From: an uncultured Verrucomicrobiota bacterium
GTDB taxonomy: Bacteria > Verrucomicrobiota > Verrucomicrobiia > CAZIPW01
Assembly: GCA_964541905.1 (NCBI GenBank)
Contig: CAZIRU010000001.1
Span: forward strand, 77,490-141,489
DNA length: 64,000 nucleotides
Direction: 5' to 3'
Position 1 is the stretch's first letter. Each line of letters opens with the position of its first letter. A model generated the notes under the pieces. It did not search any database and was not told where the DNA came from. It saw only the letters and a program-made list of their open reading frames with translations. A program made the translations under genes and the position numbers. Below are positions 1 to 9,082 of the stretch, in pieces.

Positions 1-2
1 AT

Positions 3-101
3 CCCACCAACTACCTGCTGATGCATGCGATGGGCCCGAATGTCGCGGGAGTGATCGGCACAGCGCTCGTCGCCGGCTTCTTCATTGCAATGATAAACAG
101 A
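3..101 (+). CDS. 3' end of an upstream gene (partial). Frame 3 reads ...[31 protein letters not shown], a hydrophobic C-terminus suggesting a membrane protein.
   Basis: Open frame from the window edge to TAG at 99-101, with a hydrophobic tail. Product unknown. Confidence 0.3.
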
Positions 102-149
102 TAGGGCTTGCGCTTTGATTCTTTTTATGGTAAGCTTGTACTTAAGCAA

Positions 150-215
150 ATGAATAGCAGCTTCTATTTCTGGTACTTTACCCCGGCGGTTTCGTCGAGG
201 AAGGGAACCTGTTAG
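150..215 (+). promoter_or_regulatory. Putative leader peptide ORF MNSSFYFWYFTPAVSSRKGTC, aromatic-rich, an attenuation leader for the downstream DAHP synthase.
   Basis: ATG at 150 and TAG at 213-215. Codons 5-10 are F Y F W Y F. It lies 25 nt upstream of a terminator hairpin and directly 5' of the aroG-type gene. Confidence 0.55.
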
Positions 216-240
216 CAGAAGCTCACCTCCTCTTCGGAAC

Positions 241-268
241 CGCAGCCCAAAAGCTGCGGTTTTTTGTT
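241..268 (+). terminator. Intrinsic terminator or attenuator hairpin: CCGCAGC-ccaaaa-GCTGCGG followed by TTTTTT.
   Basis: A perfect 7-bp GC-rich stem, a 6-nt loop and a T6 tract. It ends at the start of the DAHP synthase ORF. Confidence 0.6.
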
Positions 269-294
269 TGCCCAAATTTTCATCTCCCAAATTT

Positions 295-1368
295 ATGAAC
301 ACGCTTAACCTCCAAACCCTCTCTCCTCTTATGACGTCCCATGAACTCCACGCGGCGTTGCCCTTGGGCAATACCGTCGAATCCGTCCGTCGCGGTCGCG
401 AAAGCGTCCGTGCAATCCTCTCCGGCGCCGATCCGCGGCTTTTGGCTGTCGTTGGGCCCTGCTCGGTTCACAACACAAGCGAAGCCCTTGGCTATGCCGA
501 ACGTCTCGCGGGCCTCTCTGAAGAGCTTGGCGATCGGCTACTGCTCACGATGCGCTGCTATTTTGAAAAACCGCGCACGACAATCGGTTGGAAGGGCTTC
601 CTAAATGACCCCCATCTCGATGGCAGCGACGACATCAACAGCGGGCTTTTGGCCTCACGCAAGCTTTTGCTCGGTGTAGCCAAAATGGGTCTGTCGGCGG
701 CGACCGAGTTCCTCGATCCCCTGCTGGCCCCTTACAATGCCGATCTCATTTCCGTGGGCGCAATCGGCGCGCGCACGGTCGAATCGCCACAACACCGCCA
801 GCTTGCCAGCGCGCTTCCGATGCCCGTGGGTTTCAAAAATGGTACTGACGGCTCGGTCAAGACAGCCATTGAGGCCATGATTGCCGCCTCCGCCTCGCAC
901 GCTTTCCCGATGCCGGATGCGCACGGCCGCGCTAGCATTGTCCGTTCGGCGGGCAATGCAGAAACCTTCCTCATCCTTCGTGGAGGCCGCAACGGCCCCA
1001 ACTATTCCGCAGAGGCACTTGCGGCAGCCAGCGCGCAACTGGCGCAACAGGATTTCGCCTCACGCCTGATGGTCGATTGTAGCCACGGCAATTCCGCCAA
1101 AAACCACCTCCGGCAAAAGGACGTTCTACGCGACCTGCTTGGCCAACGCCGCATGGGCAATATCAATGTCGTAGGCGTCATGCTCGAGAGTTACCATTAC
1201 TCCGGCCATCAGCCCTTTGCCCCACGCGAAAGACTTAAACCTGGCCTTTCGATTACCGATGGGTGCCTGGGCTGGGACGAAACTGAGGCGCTTTTGCGTG
1301 AGGCGCATGCTTCGCTTGGTAGCGCCGATGCACGCCGTTGCGCGGAGCCAAGGCTGGTTCTCGTGTAA
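295..1368 (+). CDS. aroG: 3-deoxy-7-phosphoheptulonate (DAHP) synthase, class I (AroG/F/H type).
   Basis: LLAVVGPCSVHN, KPRTTIGWKGF and other class I DAHP synthase motifs. ATG at 295 is preferred over TTG at 268. Stop is TAA. Confidence 0.9.
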   Translation: MNTLNLQTLSPLMTSHELHAALPLGNTVESVRRGRESVRAILSGADPRLLAVVGPCSVHNTSEALGYAERLAGLSEELGDRLLLTMRCYFEKPRTTIGWKGFLNDPHLDGSDDINSGLLASRKLLLGVAKMGLSAATEFLDPLLAPYNADLISVGAIGARTVESPQHRQLASALPMPVGFKNGTDGSVKTAIEAMIAASASHAFPMPDAHGRASIVRSAGNAETFLILRGGRNGPNYSAEALAAASAQLAQQDFASRLMVDCSHGNSAKNHLRQKDVLRDLLGQRRMGNINVVGVMLESYHYSGHQPFAPRERLKPGLSITDGCLGWDETEALLREAHASLGSADARRCAEPRLVLV

Positions 1369-1384
1369 AGCCTCCGCTTATTCC

Positions 1385-1422
1385 CCCCAACGCCAGAAAA
1401 GTGGCGTTGGGGGCGCTTTTTT
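1385..1422 (+). terminator. Rho-independent terminator after aroG: CCCCAACGCC-agaaaagt-GGCGTTGGGG followed by GCGCTTTTTT.
   Basis: A 10-bp perfect stem plus a T-run, 17 nt downstream of the stop. Confidence 0.7.
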
Positions 1423-1500
1423 ATCATTTTTTCCTATCGTTTTCTGCCGTAGTGGTATATGAGTTATTGGATTGAATGACTCAATCCACGAGCTTGGACT

Positions 1501-2988
1501 ATGCCCTTCACCCTTCCCGATTTGACAGCTGATGAGGCCGCTTCTCTTATCAAAGACGCGCAAGTGATTGCTTTTAGCGGTTTTACACCCGCAGGAGCCC
1601 CCAAGGCCATCCCGGCGGCGCTTGCCAAACGCGCCATCGCCGAACACGCCGCTGGACATCCCTTCAAAATCGGCGTTCTTACTGGAGCCTCAACAGGGGC
1701 CCTGCTCGATAGCGAACTGGCCAAGGCCGATGCCATCACATGGCGCACACCCTACCAGTCGAGCCCCGAGCTACGCAAATCTATCAATGAAGGCCGTACG
1801 GCCTTTTTTGATATGCACCTTTCCCATGCACCGCAAGCTGTTCGCTACGGGTTTCTTGGCAAAATCAACTATGCCATTATCGAGGCATGCGATGTGACAA
1901 CTGAAGGCCAGATTGTCCTCACGACGGCTGTTGGGGCCGCTCCTACCTTTTGCGCCCAAGCCGATAAAATTATCGTTGAGCTTAACGCTTACCACCCGCA
2001 GGCGCTCTACGGCTTCCACGACATCTACGAACCGCAAAGCCCTCCCTTGCGCCGCGAGATCGGGGTCTATCATCCTTGCGACCGGATAGGCACATCGACC
2101 ATCCAGGTGGACCCAAAGAAAATCATTGGAGTCGTGCGCACCAATGAACCGGATGGCGTAGGGGGATTCGATCCGGCAGACGCGCTCACCAACAAAATTG
2201 GCCAGAATGTCGCAGACTTTCTTGCCTCCGAGATAAAAGTCGGTCGCATTCCGCAAAATCTTCTCCCCATCCAATCGGGAGTCGGTAATATCGCCAACGC
2301 CGTTTTGGGCGCTATGGGCGCACACCCGGACTTGCCCACCTTCGAGATGTATTCGGAAGTCGCCCAAGACGCCGTCATCGAGCTCATGAACAAGGGGAAA
2401 ATCCGTTTTGCCAGTGCCGTTTCCTTAACAGTAACACCGGAGGTTCTCGCCGACATCTATTCACGCCTCGACGACTTCCGCGGCAGGCTTCTTCTGCGCC
2501 CACAGGAAATTTCCAATCACCCCGAGGTCGTCAGGCGCTTGGGCGTCATCTCCATCAACACCGCGCTTGAGGCTGACATCTTTGGCAACGTAAATTCCAC
2601 CCACGTTCTAGGCCGCAGTATGATGAACGGCATCGGCGGCTCGGGCGACTTCACGCGCAACGCTTACATTTCGATCTTCACCTGCCCCTCGGTCGCCAAA
2701 AAAGGAGCCATCTCGGCGCTTGTGCCGATGTGCTCGCATATTGACCACACTGAACACGACGTGCAAATTATCATCACCGAACAGGGCATCGCCGATTTGC
2801 GCGGCAAGAGTCCGCTTGAACGCGCCCGCACGATCATCGAGAATTGCGCCCATCCCGATTACAAAGAGGCGCTGCGCGACTATTTGAAGCTAACCCCCAA
2901 TGGCCAAACCCCGCATTCCTTGGCTCACGCTTTCGATTTTCACCTGCAATTTCTGAAAACGGGCAGCATGAAGGGCGTAAGATTTTAA
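1501..2988 (+). CDS. Acetyl-CoA hydrolase/transferase family protein (succinyl-CoA:acetate or 4-hydroxybutyrate CoA-transferase-like).
   Basis: 495 aa, co-linear over its full length with Cat1/ASCT-type CoA-transferases, as judged from memory. Confidence 0.8.
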   Translation: MPFTLPDLTADEAASLIKDAQVIAFSGFTPAGAPKAIPAALAKRAIAEHAAGHPFKIGVLTGASTGALLDSELAKADAITWRTPYQSSPELRKSINEGRTAFFDMHLSHAPQAVRYGFLGKINYAIIEACDVTTEGQIVLTTAVGAAPTFCAQADKIIVELNAYHPQALYGFHDIYEPQSPPLRREIGVYHPCDRIGTSTIQVDPKKIIGVVRTNEPDGVGGFDPADALTNKIGQNVADFLASEIKVGRIPQNLLPIQSGVGNIANAVLGAMGAHPDLPTFEMYSEVAQDAVIELMNKGKIRFASAVSLTVTPEVLADIYSRLDDFRGRLLLRPQEISNHPEVVRRLGVISINTALEADIFGNVNSTHVLGRSMMNGIGGSGDFTRNAYISIFTCPSVAKKGAISALVPMCSHIDHTEHDVQIIITEQGIADLRGKSPLERARTIIENCAHPDYKEALRDYLKLTPNGQTPHSLAHAFDFHLQFLKTGSMKGVRF

Positions 2989-3401
2989 TAACCACCCCCA
3001 CACAAAATAACCCTTATTGGTTTCTTGCCAACTGTCGCGAAATTTGAAAGGAGAGCCGCTGCCAACGCCTCACCTCTAAGATTTTGGCGTTTTATTTCCT
3101 GCGGCACCCCTAAAATTTCAGCCAAAGAATCCGCTAGGCGCTGAGCAATCCCGGGCCCCTTCCCATACACCACTTTACTAAAATAATAAGACACTAAAAC
3201 AGTTCGTCTTTTCTCTTGAAAAGAAACCTCTGGTCGAAATCCAACCTCAACAATACCCAGGAGCATCTGCACACGGTAGCGCGGATTTCCCGCTGTGCCA
3301 TCCACCGCCATTTGAGCCTTTATGAACTCCAGTTTAGCGCGCCCCAATGCGTGTTTTGCTCTTTTTAACCTGCGTTCCGCTTGATTCGGCTTATCCTTCA
3401 T
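2985..3401 (-). CDS. Hypothetical protein, 138 aa.
   Basis: An isolated ORF convergent with the CoA-transferase gene and divergent from queA. Composition looks coding. No motif recognised. Confidence 0.45.
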   Translation of the reverse strand: MKDKPNQAERRLKRAKHALGRAKLEFIKAQMAVDGTAGNPRYRVQMLLGIVEVGFRPEVSFQEKRRTVLVSYYFSKVVYGKGPGIAQRLADSLAEILGVPQEIKRQNLRGEALAAALLSNFATVGKKPIRVILCGGGY

Positions 3402-3459
3402 GACAAAATATTAAGATAATTGACCAATTACATCAATTGTTAAGCTTTTTTGTATCTCC

Positions 3460-4533
3460 ATGCCGCTCCCTCTTTCGCTTTTCGACTACGACCTGCCCCC
3501 TTCCGCCATCGCGCAACACCCCGCGCAAAAACGCGACCATTCGCGCTTGATGGTCGTCCGCCGCGCGACGCGCCAGGTCGAGCATCGCCATTTTTACGAA
3601 CTTCCGGCCATCCTCGCCGCACTCCCGCGCAAAGCCCTCCTTTTTCGCAATAACGCGCGCGTCATTAAGGCCCGTCTTTTCTTGCAGCGACCCAGCGGCG
3701 GCAAAGTAGAGTTGCTCCTCTTGCGGCCTTCGACCTCGGGCTTTGCATGGTGGTGCCTCGCAAAACCTCTCAAAAAAATCACGCTCGGCGATACTCTCCT
3801 CAACGCTTCCGCGCCCGCGGCCACCCTTCGCGAAAAATCCCCCTCCGGCGAAGCCCTTTTTGAATTCTCCCGCGACCCGCTCGCCCTTTCCGAAGAAATC
3901 GGCGCACTGCCCCTCCCGCCCTACATCGCGCGCACTGACGGCAACGAGCCCGAAGACAACTCCCGCTATCAAACGGTCTATGCGCGCGAGCGCGTGGCGG
4001 CCGCAGCACCTACTGCCGGACTTCATTTTACGCCGGAGTTGCTCGACACCCTTCGCGCTTCCGGCCACCGCTTTCTGGAGACCACGCTTCATGTGGGCCT
4101 CGACACTTTCCAGCCCATCAAGACTCCGACTATCGAAGAGCACCGCATCCACACCGAAACCTATTCTCTCTCACAAGAAGCCGCCTCAGCCCTTACCCGC
4201 CGCAAACAAAATCCCGCCGAAGCGTCCTCCGATCTTTATCTAGCCATCGGCACCACTTCTCTGCGCGCGATGGAAGACTACACGCGCAAAGGCTGCCCCT
4301 CCGAGCTCACGCAACAAGCGTCGCTCTTCGTTTATCCGCCACAAACGATTACTTCTGCCGACGCGCTCATTACCAATTTTCACCTGCCGCGCTCAACTCT
4401 TCTGTGTCTTGTCAGTGCCTTTTTAACGCCTGACTCGCTCGAAGGCATTGCTTGGATAAAAGACCTCTACGCCGGCGCACTTGCGCGTGGTTATCGCTTC
4501 TACTCTTACGGGGACGCAATGCTTATCCTTTAA
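3460..4533 (+). CDS. queA: S-adenosylmethionine:tRNA ribosyltransferase-isomerase QueA.
   Basis: N-terminal LFDYDLPP..IAQ.P motif. Length and layout are typical of QueA. Confidence 0.9.
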   Translation: MPLPLSLFDYDLPPSAIAQHPAQKRDHSRLMVVRRATRQVEHRHFYELPAILAALPRKALLFRNNARVIKARLFLQRPSGGKVELLLLRPSTSGFAWWCLAKPLKKITLGDTLLNASAPAATLREKSPSGEALFEFSRDPLALSEEIGALPLPPYIARTDGNEPEDNSRYQTVYARERVAAAAPTAGLHFTPELLDTLRASGHRFLETTLHVGLDTFQPIKTPTIEEHRIHTETYSLSQEAASALTRRKQNPAEASSDLYLAIGTTSLRAMEDYTRKGCPSELTQQASLFVYPPQTITSADALITNFHLPRSTLLCLVSAFLTPDSLEGIAWIKDLYAGALARGYRFYSYGDAMLIL

Positions 4534-5303
4534 GCTTGCAGCGTTTTTGCGCCCGCCGTCTTGCCCGAAATGGCCCGCGCCGCGTCCATGAGTTCAATGG
4601 GCACGGCCAGTACAACTGTATTCGAGGCCGTTGGCCCGAGCCCGTCAATCGTCTGGAGCGTGCGCAACTGCATGGCCCCGGGCGACTCCAACATCGTCCG
4701 CGCAGCCTCGGCCAAGTTCATGGCCGCGGCACGATCTCCCTCGGCTTTGGTAATGGTTGCACGTTTTTCGCGCTCTGCGGAAGCCTGCCGCGACATCATT
4801 TTTTTAAGATCTTCCGGCACATCGACATCCAGAATCTTAATATCCGAAACCTTCAAGCCCCAGCTTTCAGCCTTTTTCTCAATGATGCTTTCGATCTCAC
4901 TGCCAATCTTCTGTCGCTCGGCAAGCAAGTCGTCAAAAGTAACGCCTCCGACTACGTCTCGCAAAGCCGCCTGTGCATACTGCGAAACCGCATAAAGGTA
5001 GTTTTGCACCTTGATGACGGCCGCCTGTGCATCGACCACCTGAAAATAAACGACTCCGTTGATCGAAACCGGAACATTGTCTTTGGTAATCGCCTGTTGT
5101 CGGGGAATATCAATCGTCAATATGCGCATATCCACGATCGTGACGGCCTCAAGCACGGGGATAATGACATTGAGCCCGGGCTGGACCGTTCGCGCATAGC
5201 GTCCCAAGAAAAACACAACCCCCGTTTGATACTGCTGGACGACCCGCAGCGAAGCGACCAAAAGAAAAATGGCCACGAAGATGATAAAAGGAAGCGCCTG
5301 CAT
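4530..5303 (-). CDS. SPFH/band-7 (stomatin/HflC-like) membrane protein.
   Basis: N-terminal TM segment followed by a band-7 domain (VVFFLGRY..., VDMRILTIDIP, NYLYAV). It overlaps the queA stop by 4 bp in convergent orientation. Confidence 0.85.
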   Translation of the reverse strand: MQALPFIIFVAIFLLVASLRVVQQYQTGVVFFLGRYARTVQPGLNVIIPVLEAVTIVDMRILTIDIPRQQAITKDNVPVSINGVVYFQVVDAQAAVIKVQNYLYAVSQYAQAALRDVVGGVTFDDLLAERQKIGSEIESIIEKKAESWGLKVSDIKILDVDVPEDLKKMMSRQASAEREKRATITKAEGDRAAAMNLAEAARTMLESPGAMQLRTLQTIDGLGPTASNTVVLAVPIELMDAARAISGKTAGAKTLQA

Positions 5304-5342
5304 ACGCCCACCTTCTACTCCATGCGCCGCATCGAGTCAACC

Positions 5343-7652
5343 CTACCCGCTTTTCTTCGGAGTCTTTTTTTCTTCGGAATCTTCGCTTACAGCATCGCCC
5401 TTCAGAGCCTCCGGCAGCTTCTCGAGTTTGCCTTTGCCCTTATATTTAAAGGCCAAGGTCGAGTTGGGCGGCAACAAAAGCTCCACGTAATAGGGCTGAC
5501 CGTCCCAATCCTTTTCAGGAACCTTGCCCGTAAGCCCTTCGGGATTCCCCTGCCCCGCTCCTCCATAAATTGAAGCGGAGGAGTTAAGCACCTCTTCCCA
5601 CGCTCCAAGGAACGGGACGCCCACGCGATAGTTTTTGCGCAAAACAGGCGTATAATGTCCCACGACCAAATACAAATCCGTCTCTTTTTCTCCTTTACGC
5701 AGAAACGAGATGACAGAATTTTCCGCATCAGTACAGTTGATCCACGAGAAACACGTATGGCTAAGGTCGTGCTGGTGCAAAAGAGGCTCGCGAGCGTAGA
5801 GCGCGTTCAAATCCCTGACCAAATCCTGAATGCCCGAGTGATCTTTATATTGGAGCAAGTGCCAGTCCAAACTCGAGTCGTAACGCCACTCGCTGCTTTG
5901 GCCAAACTCGCTTCCCATAAAAAGCGTTTTTTTGCCCGGCCACAGCCACATCAGCGCATAAAGCGCCCGTAATGTTTGCGCTTTTTCGGGCATCCCCCAC
6001 GAGCCCATTTTCAAAATCATCGGACCTTTTCCGTGTACCACCTCGTCGTGCGAAAACACCTGAATGAATTTTTCGGTATGCTGATAAATCATGCCAAAGG
6101 TCAGGTCGTTCTGATGCCATCTGCGATGGATGGGATCCTTCGAAAAATACACCAGAGTATCGTGCATCCAGCCCATGTTCCACTTGAAATCAAAGCCCAA
6201 GCCGCCCTGCTCCTGTATGGGACGGGTGACGCCCGACCAGGAAGTCGATTCTTCGGCAATCATCAACGCCCCAGGGTACGTCTTGTGCACCAGCTCATTG
6301 GTATCACGCAAAAAGTCGATGGCCCCGAGATTTTCTTTGCCACCAAACTTGTTGGGTATCCACTCCCCCGGGTTACGCGAATAGTCCAGATACAGCATAG
6401 AGGCAACTGCATCCACGCGCAGGCCGTCAATATGGTAGCGATCGAACCAGCTCAGTGCACTAGCCGTCAAAAACTCGCGCACCTCGTGCCGATCATAATT
6501 GAAAATATACGTCCCCCAGTCGCGGTGCTCGCCTTGGCGCGGGTCAGCGTGGTTGTAAAGATGCGTCCCATCAAAGTTCGCCAACGCAAAAGTGTCTTTT
6601 GGAAAGTGAGCCGGCACCCAGTCAATAATGACGCCGATGTCGTTTTGGTGGAGTTGATCCACTAGATATTGAAAATCCGCCGGCGCACCATAGCGATGGG
6701 TAGGCGCAAAAAATCCTGTCACCTGATAGCCCCACGAACCTGCAAAAGGGTGCTCACAGACCGGTAGAAATTCAACATGCGTAAAACCCATCTTCTTGAC
6801 ATAGGGGATGAGTTCCTCTGCCAGCTCACGATAGCTCAGCGGGCGATTCCCCTCTTCTACCTTTCGCTTCCACGAGCCCAAATGTACCTCATAAACCGAA
6901 AGGGGCTCCTTTTTCCAATCCGTTCCGGCACGCTTTTTAAGCCACACAGCGTCCTTCCAACGAAAGTGCGAAACATCGTAAAGGATCGAAGCGTTGTGCG
7001 GAGGCGCCTCATAGTAGGTGGCATAAGGATCGGTTTTGAGCTTAATATTGTTGTCACCGCCAATGAGCTCATATTTGTACTTCATGCCTTCGGTCAAACC
7101 GGGGATGAAGAGTTCCCACACACCGCTTGCGCCCATCGAGCGCATTTGGTGATAGCGTCCATCCCAAGCATTCCAGTCGCCGACCACACTCACGCGCTTG
7201 GCGGAAGGCGCCCAGACCGCAAACGAAACTCCTGCCACACCCTCGACCGTCCGGAAGTGTGAACCGAGCTTTTCATACACCTTGCGATCTTTTCCCTCGT
7301 TAAAAAAGTGCAAGTCCATCTCTCCGAGCGTCGGCAAAAAGCTGTAGGGGTCCACCATCTGGCGAATCTCGCCATTTTTTTGAAAAACGCGCAGTTGATA
7401 ATGAAAAATCTTTGCCTCCCCTGGTATAAATGCCTCAAAAAAACCCATTTCATCGAGTTTTTGCATGGGGAAGCGCCGCTCGGGTTTTGCCTGAGCGTCA
7501 ACAACTTCGCAAGCCTCCACATCGCGCAAAAAGGCGCGCACAACAAGCCCCTCCTTCCCTTCAAACTGGCAGGGATGCATCCCTAATAGGCTATGGGGTT
7601 GGCCATTGCGTGCTTTCAAAAGTGAGTCAAGTTCCTTGGGAGAAATAATCAC
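5343..7652 (-). CDS. glgB: 1,4-alpha-glucan branching enzyme GlgB, with a Lys/Glu-rich C-terminal tail.
   Basis: 769 aa. GH13 catalytic core motifs (DWVPAHF, GLRVDAV, EESTSW, FSHDEVVHGK). N-terminal CBM48-like region. Confidence 0.9.
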   Translation of the reverse strand: MIISPKELDSLLKARNGQPHSLLGMHPCQFEGKEGLVVRAFLRDVEACEVVDAQAKPERRFPMQKLDEMGFFEAFIPGEAKIFHYQLRVFQKNGEIRQMVDPYSFLPTLGEMDLHFFNEGKDRKVYEKLGSHFRTVEGVAGVSFAVWAPSAKRVSVVGDWNAWDGRYHQMRSMGASGVWELFIPGLTEGMKYKYELIGGDNNIKLKTDPYATYYEAPPHNASILYDVSHFRWKDAVWLKKRAGTDWKKEPLSVYEVHLGSWKRKVEEGNRPLSYRELAEELIPYVKKMGFTHVEFLPVCEHPFAGSWGYQVTGFFAPTHRYGAPADFQYLVDQLHQNDIGVIIDWVPAHFPKDTFALANFDGTHLYNHADPRQGEHRDWGTYIFNYDRHEVREFLTASALSWFDRYHIDGLRVDAVASMLYLDYSRNPGEWIPNKFGGKENLGAIDFLRDTNELVHKTYPGALMIAEESTSWSGVTRPIQEQGGLGFDFKWNMGWMHDTLVYFSKDPIHRRWHQNDLTFGMIYQHTEKFIQVFSHDEVVHGKGPMILKMGSWGMPEKAQTLRALYALMWLWPGKKTLFMGSEFGQSSEWRYDSSLDWHLLQYKDHSGIQDLVRDLNALYAREPLLHQHDLSHTCFSWINCTDAENSVISFLRKGEKETDLYLVVGHYTPVLRKNYRVGVPFLGAWEEVLNSSASIYGGAGQGNPEGLTGKVPEKDWDGQPYYVELLLPPNSTLAFKYKGKGKLEKLPEALKGDAVSEDSEEKKTPKKSG

Positions 7653-7756
7653 AATCTTAAGCTAAACGGAAAGCACCCCCTCACGTCAAGTTGGGTTTGT
7701 AAAAAGCACAAAATAGCTGGGAACAAAAGCATTGCGACGCCTGAATTCTATCAGTC

Positions 7757-8866
7757 TTGACACCCACCCACGGCAAAAGTCATTCTCGTCTCATGCCAAT
7801 ATGGAATGAAATTCTCTCTCTCGAAATCTTTGGTCTGACCTATCGTCAGGTTCTCTTAGCGCTGCTTATTCTTTTGGCAACCATTCTTCTGCGCAATGTC
7901 ATCGCCCACATTCTTTTTGCAGGCATCCGCCTTTGGACCTCGCGCACCAAAGCCACTTGGGACGATTTGCTTCTGGACGCCCTGTACAAGCCGGCTTCGG
8001 CCATCATCTTTACTTTGGGCGGCTATATGGCCATACAGGCGCTTGAGCCCTCCGCAGCGTTCTCGCACGCAGTCTTTTTGGCTCTCAAGAGCCTTATCAC
8101 CATTTTTATTTTCTGGGCTCTTATCAAGGGGCTCAACGTACTTTCAAATATTTTCAAAAGCCACGATCGCTACAAGGGGCTTTCGATGGCAACCTTCATC
8201 CCGCTATTCAAGCAGATTCTCGTCATAGTCCTGATTATGATTTGCTTGGTGATGGTGCTGGATATTTTGGGCTTTTCGGTCGCCTCAATTATTGCTGCTT
8301 TGGGAATTGGCGGCGCCGCGATCGCCTTCGCCAGCCAAAACACGATCGCCAATCTTTACGGCTCCATCTCGATTGCACTCGATCATCCGTTCCGCGTGGG
8401 AGACTTCATCAAGATGGCGAACGTCATGGGCACGGTCGAGGCAATTGGCCTGCGTTCCACGCAAATCCGGACGCTCGATAACACGCTCGTTTCAGTTCCC
8501 AACAACACCGTCGCCGCCGAATCGATCGAGAATTTCTCTAAGATTACCCAGCGGCGCGTTCGCACCTACATCGGCCTTGTTTACAGTACCACTCCCGCAC
8601 AAATCGAAGCGATTACGCGCGACATTCGCGCCGCAATGGCCGAGCTGGGCGACAAACTCCTGCCCACTCCACAGGCGGCCAATTTCATGGAATTTGCCGA
8701 CAGCTCCTTGAACATCGAGATCACCTGCTTTATCAACACCTCCGACTATCAAAGGGCACTCGAGATCAAGGAGGAGTTTTTCCTCAAAATTATGAAGCTT
8801 GTGGAAAAGAATGGTTCGTCCTTCGCCTTCCCTTCACGGACGGTCTATCTTGCGAAAGAGTCGTAA
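7757..8866 (+). CDS. Mechanosensitive ion channel, MscS family.
   Basis: Multiple TM helices, then the MscS pore motif (GIGGAAIAFASQNTIANLYGSISIALDHPFRVGDFI). Confidence 0.85.
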   Translation: MTPTHGKSHSRLMPIWNEILSLEIFGLTYRQVLLALLILLATILLRNVIAHILFAGIRLWTSRTKATWDDLLLDALYKPASAIIFTLGGYMAIQALEPSAAFSHAVFLALKSLITIFIFWALIKGLNVLSNIFKSHDRYKGLSMATFIPLFKQILVIVLIMICLVMVLDILGFSVASIIAALGIGGAAIAFASQNTIANLYGSISIALDHPFRVGDFIKMANVMGTVEAIGLRSTQIRTLDNTLVSVPNNTVAAESIENFSKITQRRVRTYIGLVYSTTPAQIEAITRDIRAAMAELGDKLLPTPQAANFMEFADSSLNIEITCFINTSDYQRALEIKEEFFLKIMKLVEKNGSSFAFPSRTVYLAKES

Positions 8867-8892
8867 ACTTGACCATTCCCGCTCCTTGCTTT

Positions 8893-8965
8893 CGCCCCCG
8901 CCCGGACTTGAACCGGGATTAAAGGTTTAGGAAACCTCTGTTCTATCCAGTTGAACTACGGGGAC
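8893..8965 (-). tRNA. tRNA-Arg (anticodon CCT).
   Basis: Cloverleaf folded by hand. Acceptor stem GTCCCCG/CGGGGGC, D-arm GTTC...GAAC, anticodon stem GAGGT/ACCTT with loop TTCCTAA, T-arm CCCGG-TTCAAGT-CCGGG. CCA is not encoded. Confidence 0.8.
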
Positions 8966-9082
8966 TGGAAGGGTAATTTTAGCAAAACGCTCCCCGCGCG
9001 CCAATGTTATTTTCCTTCCTCTTTTCTCTCGCTTCCTCCCGCTTTTTCTGCTAGGATAGTCCTTTTCTATCCCTAAAAGGCC

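Noticed and set aside
4452-5573. 373-aa ORF on the plus strand
   Set aside because: Overlaps the SPFH gene and the 3' end of glgB on the opposite strand. Arg/His-rich translation with no features.
5976-6665. 229-aa ORF on the plus strand
   Set aside because: Antisense to the glgB catalytic core.
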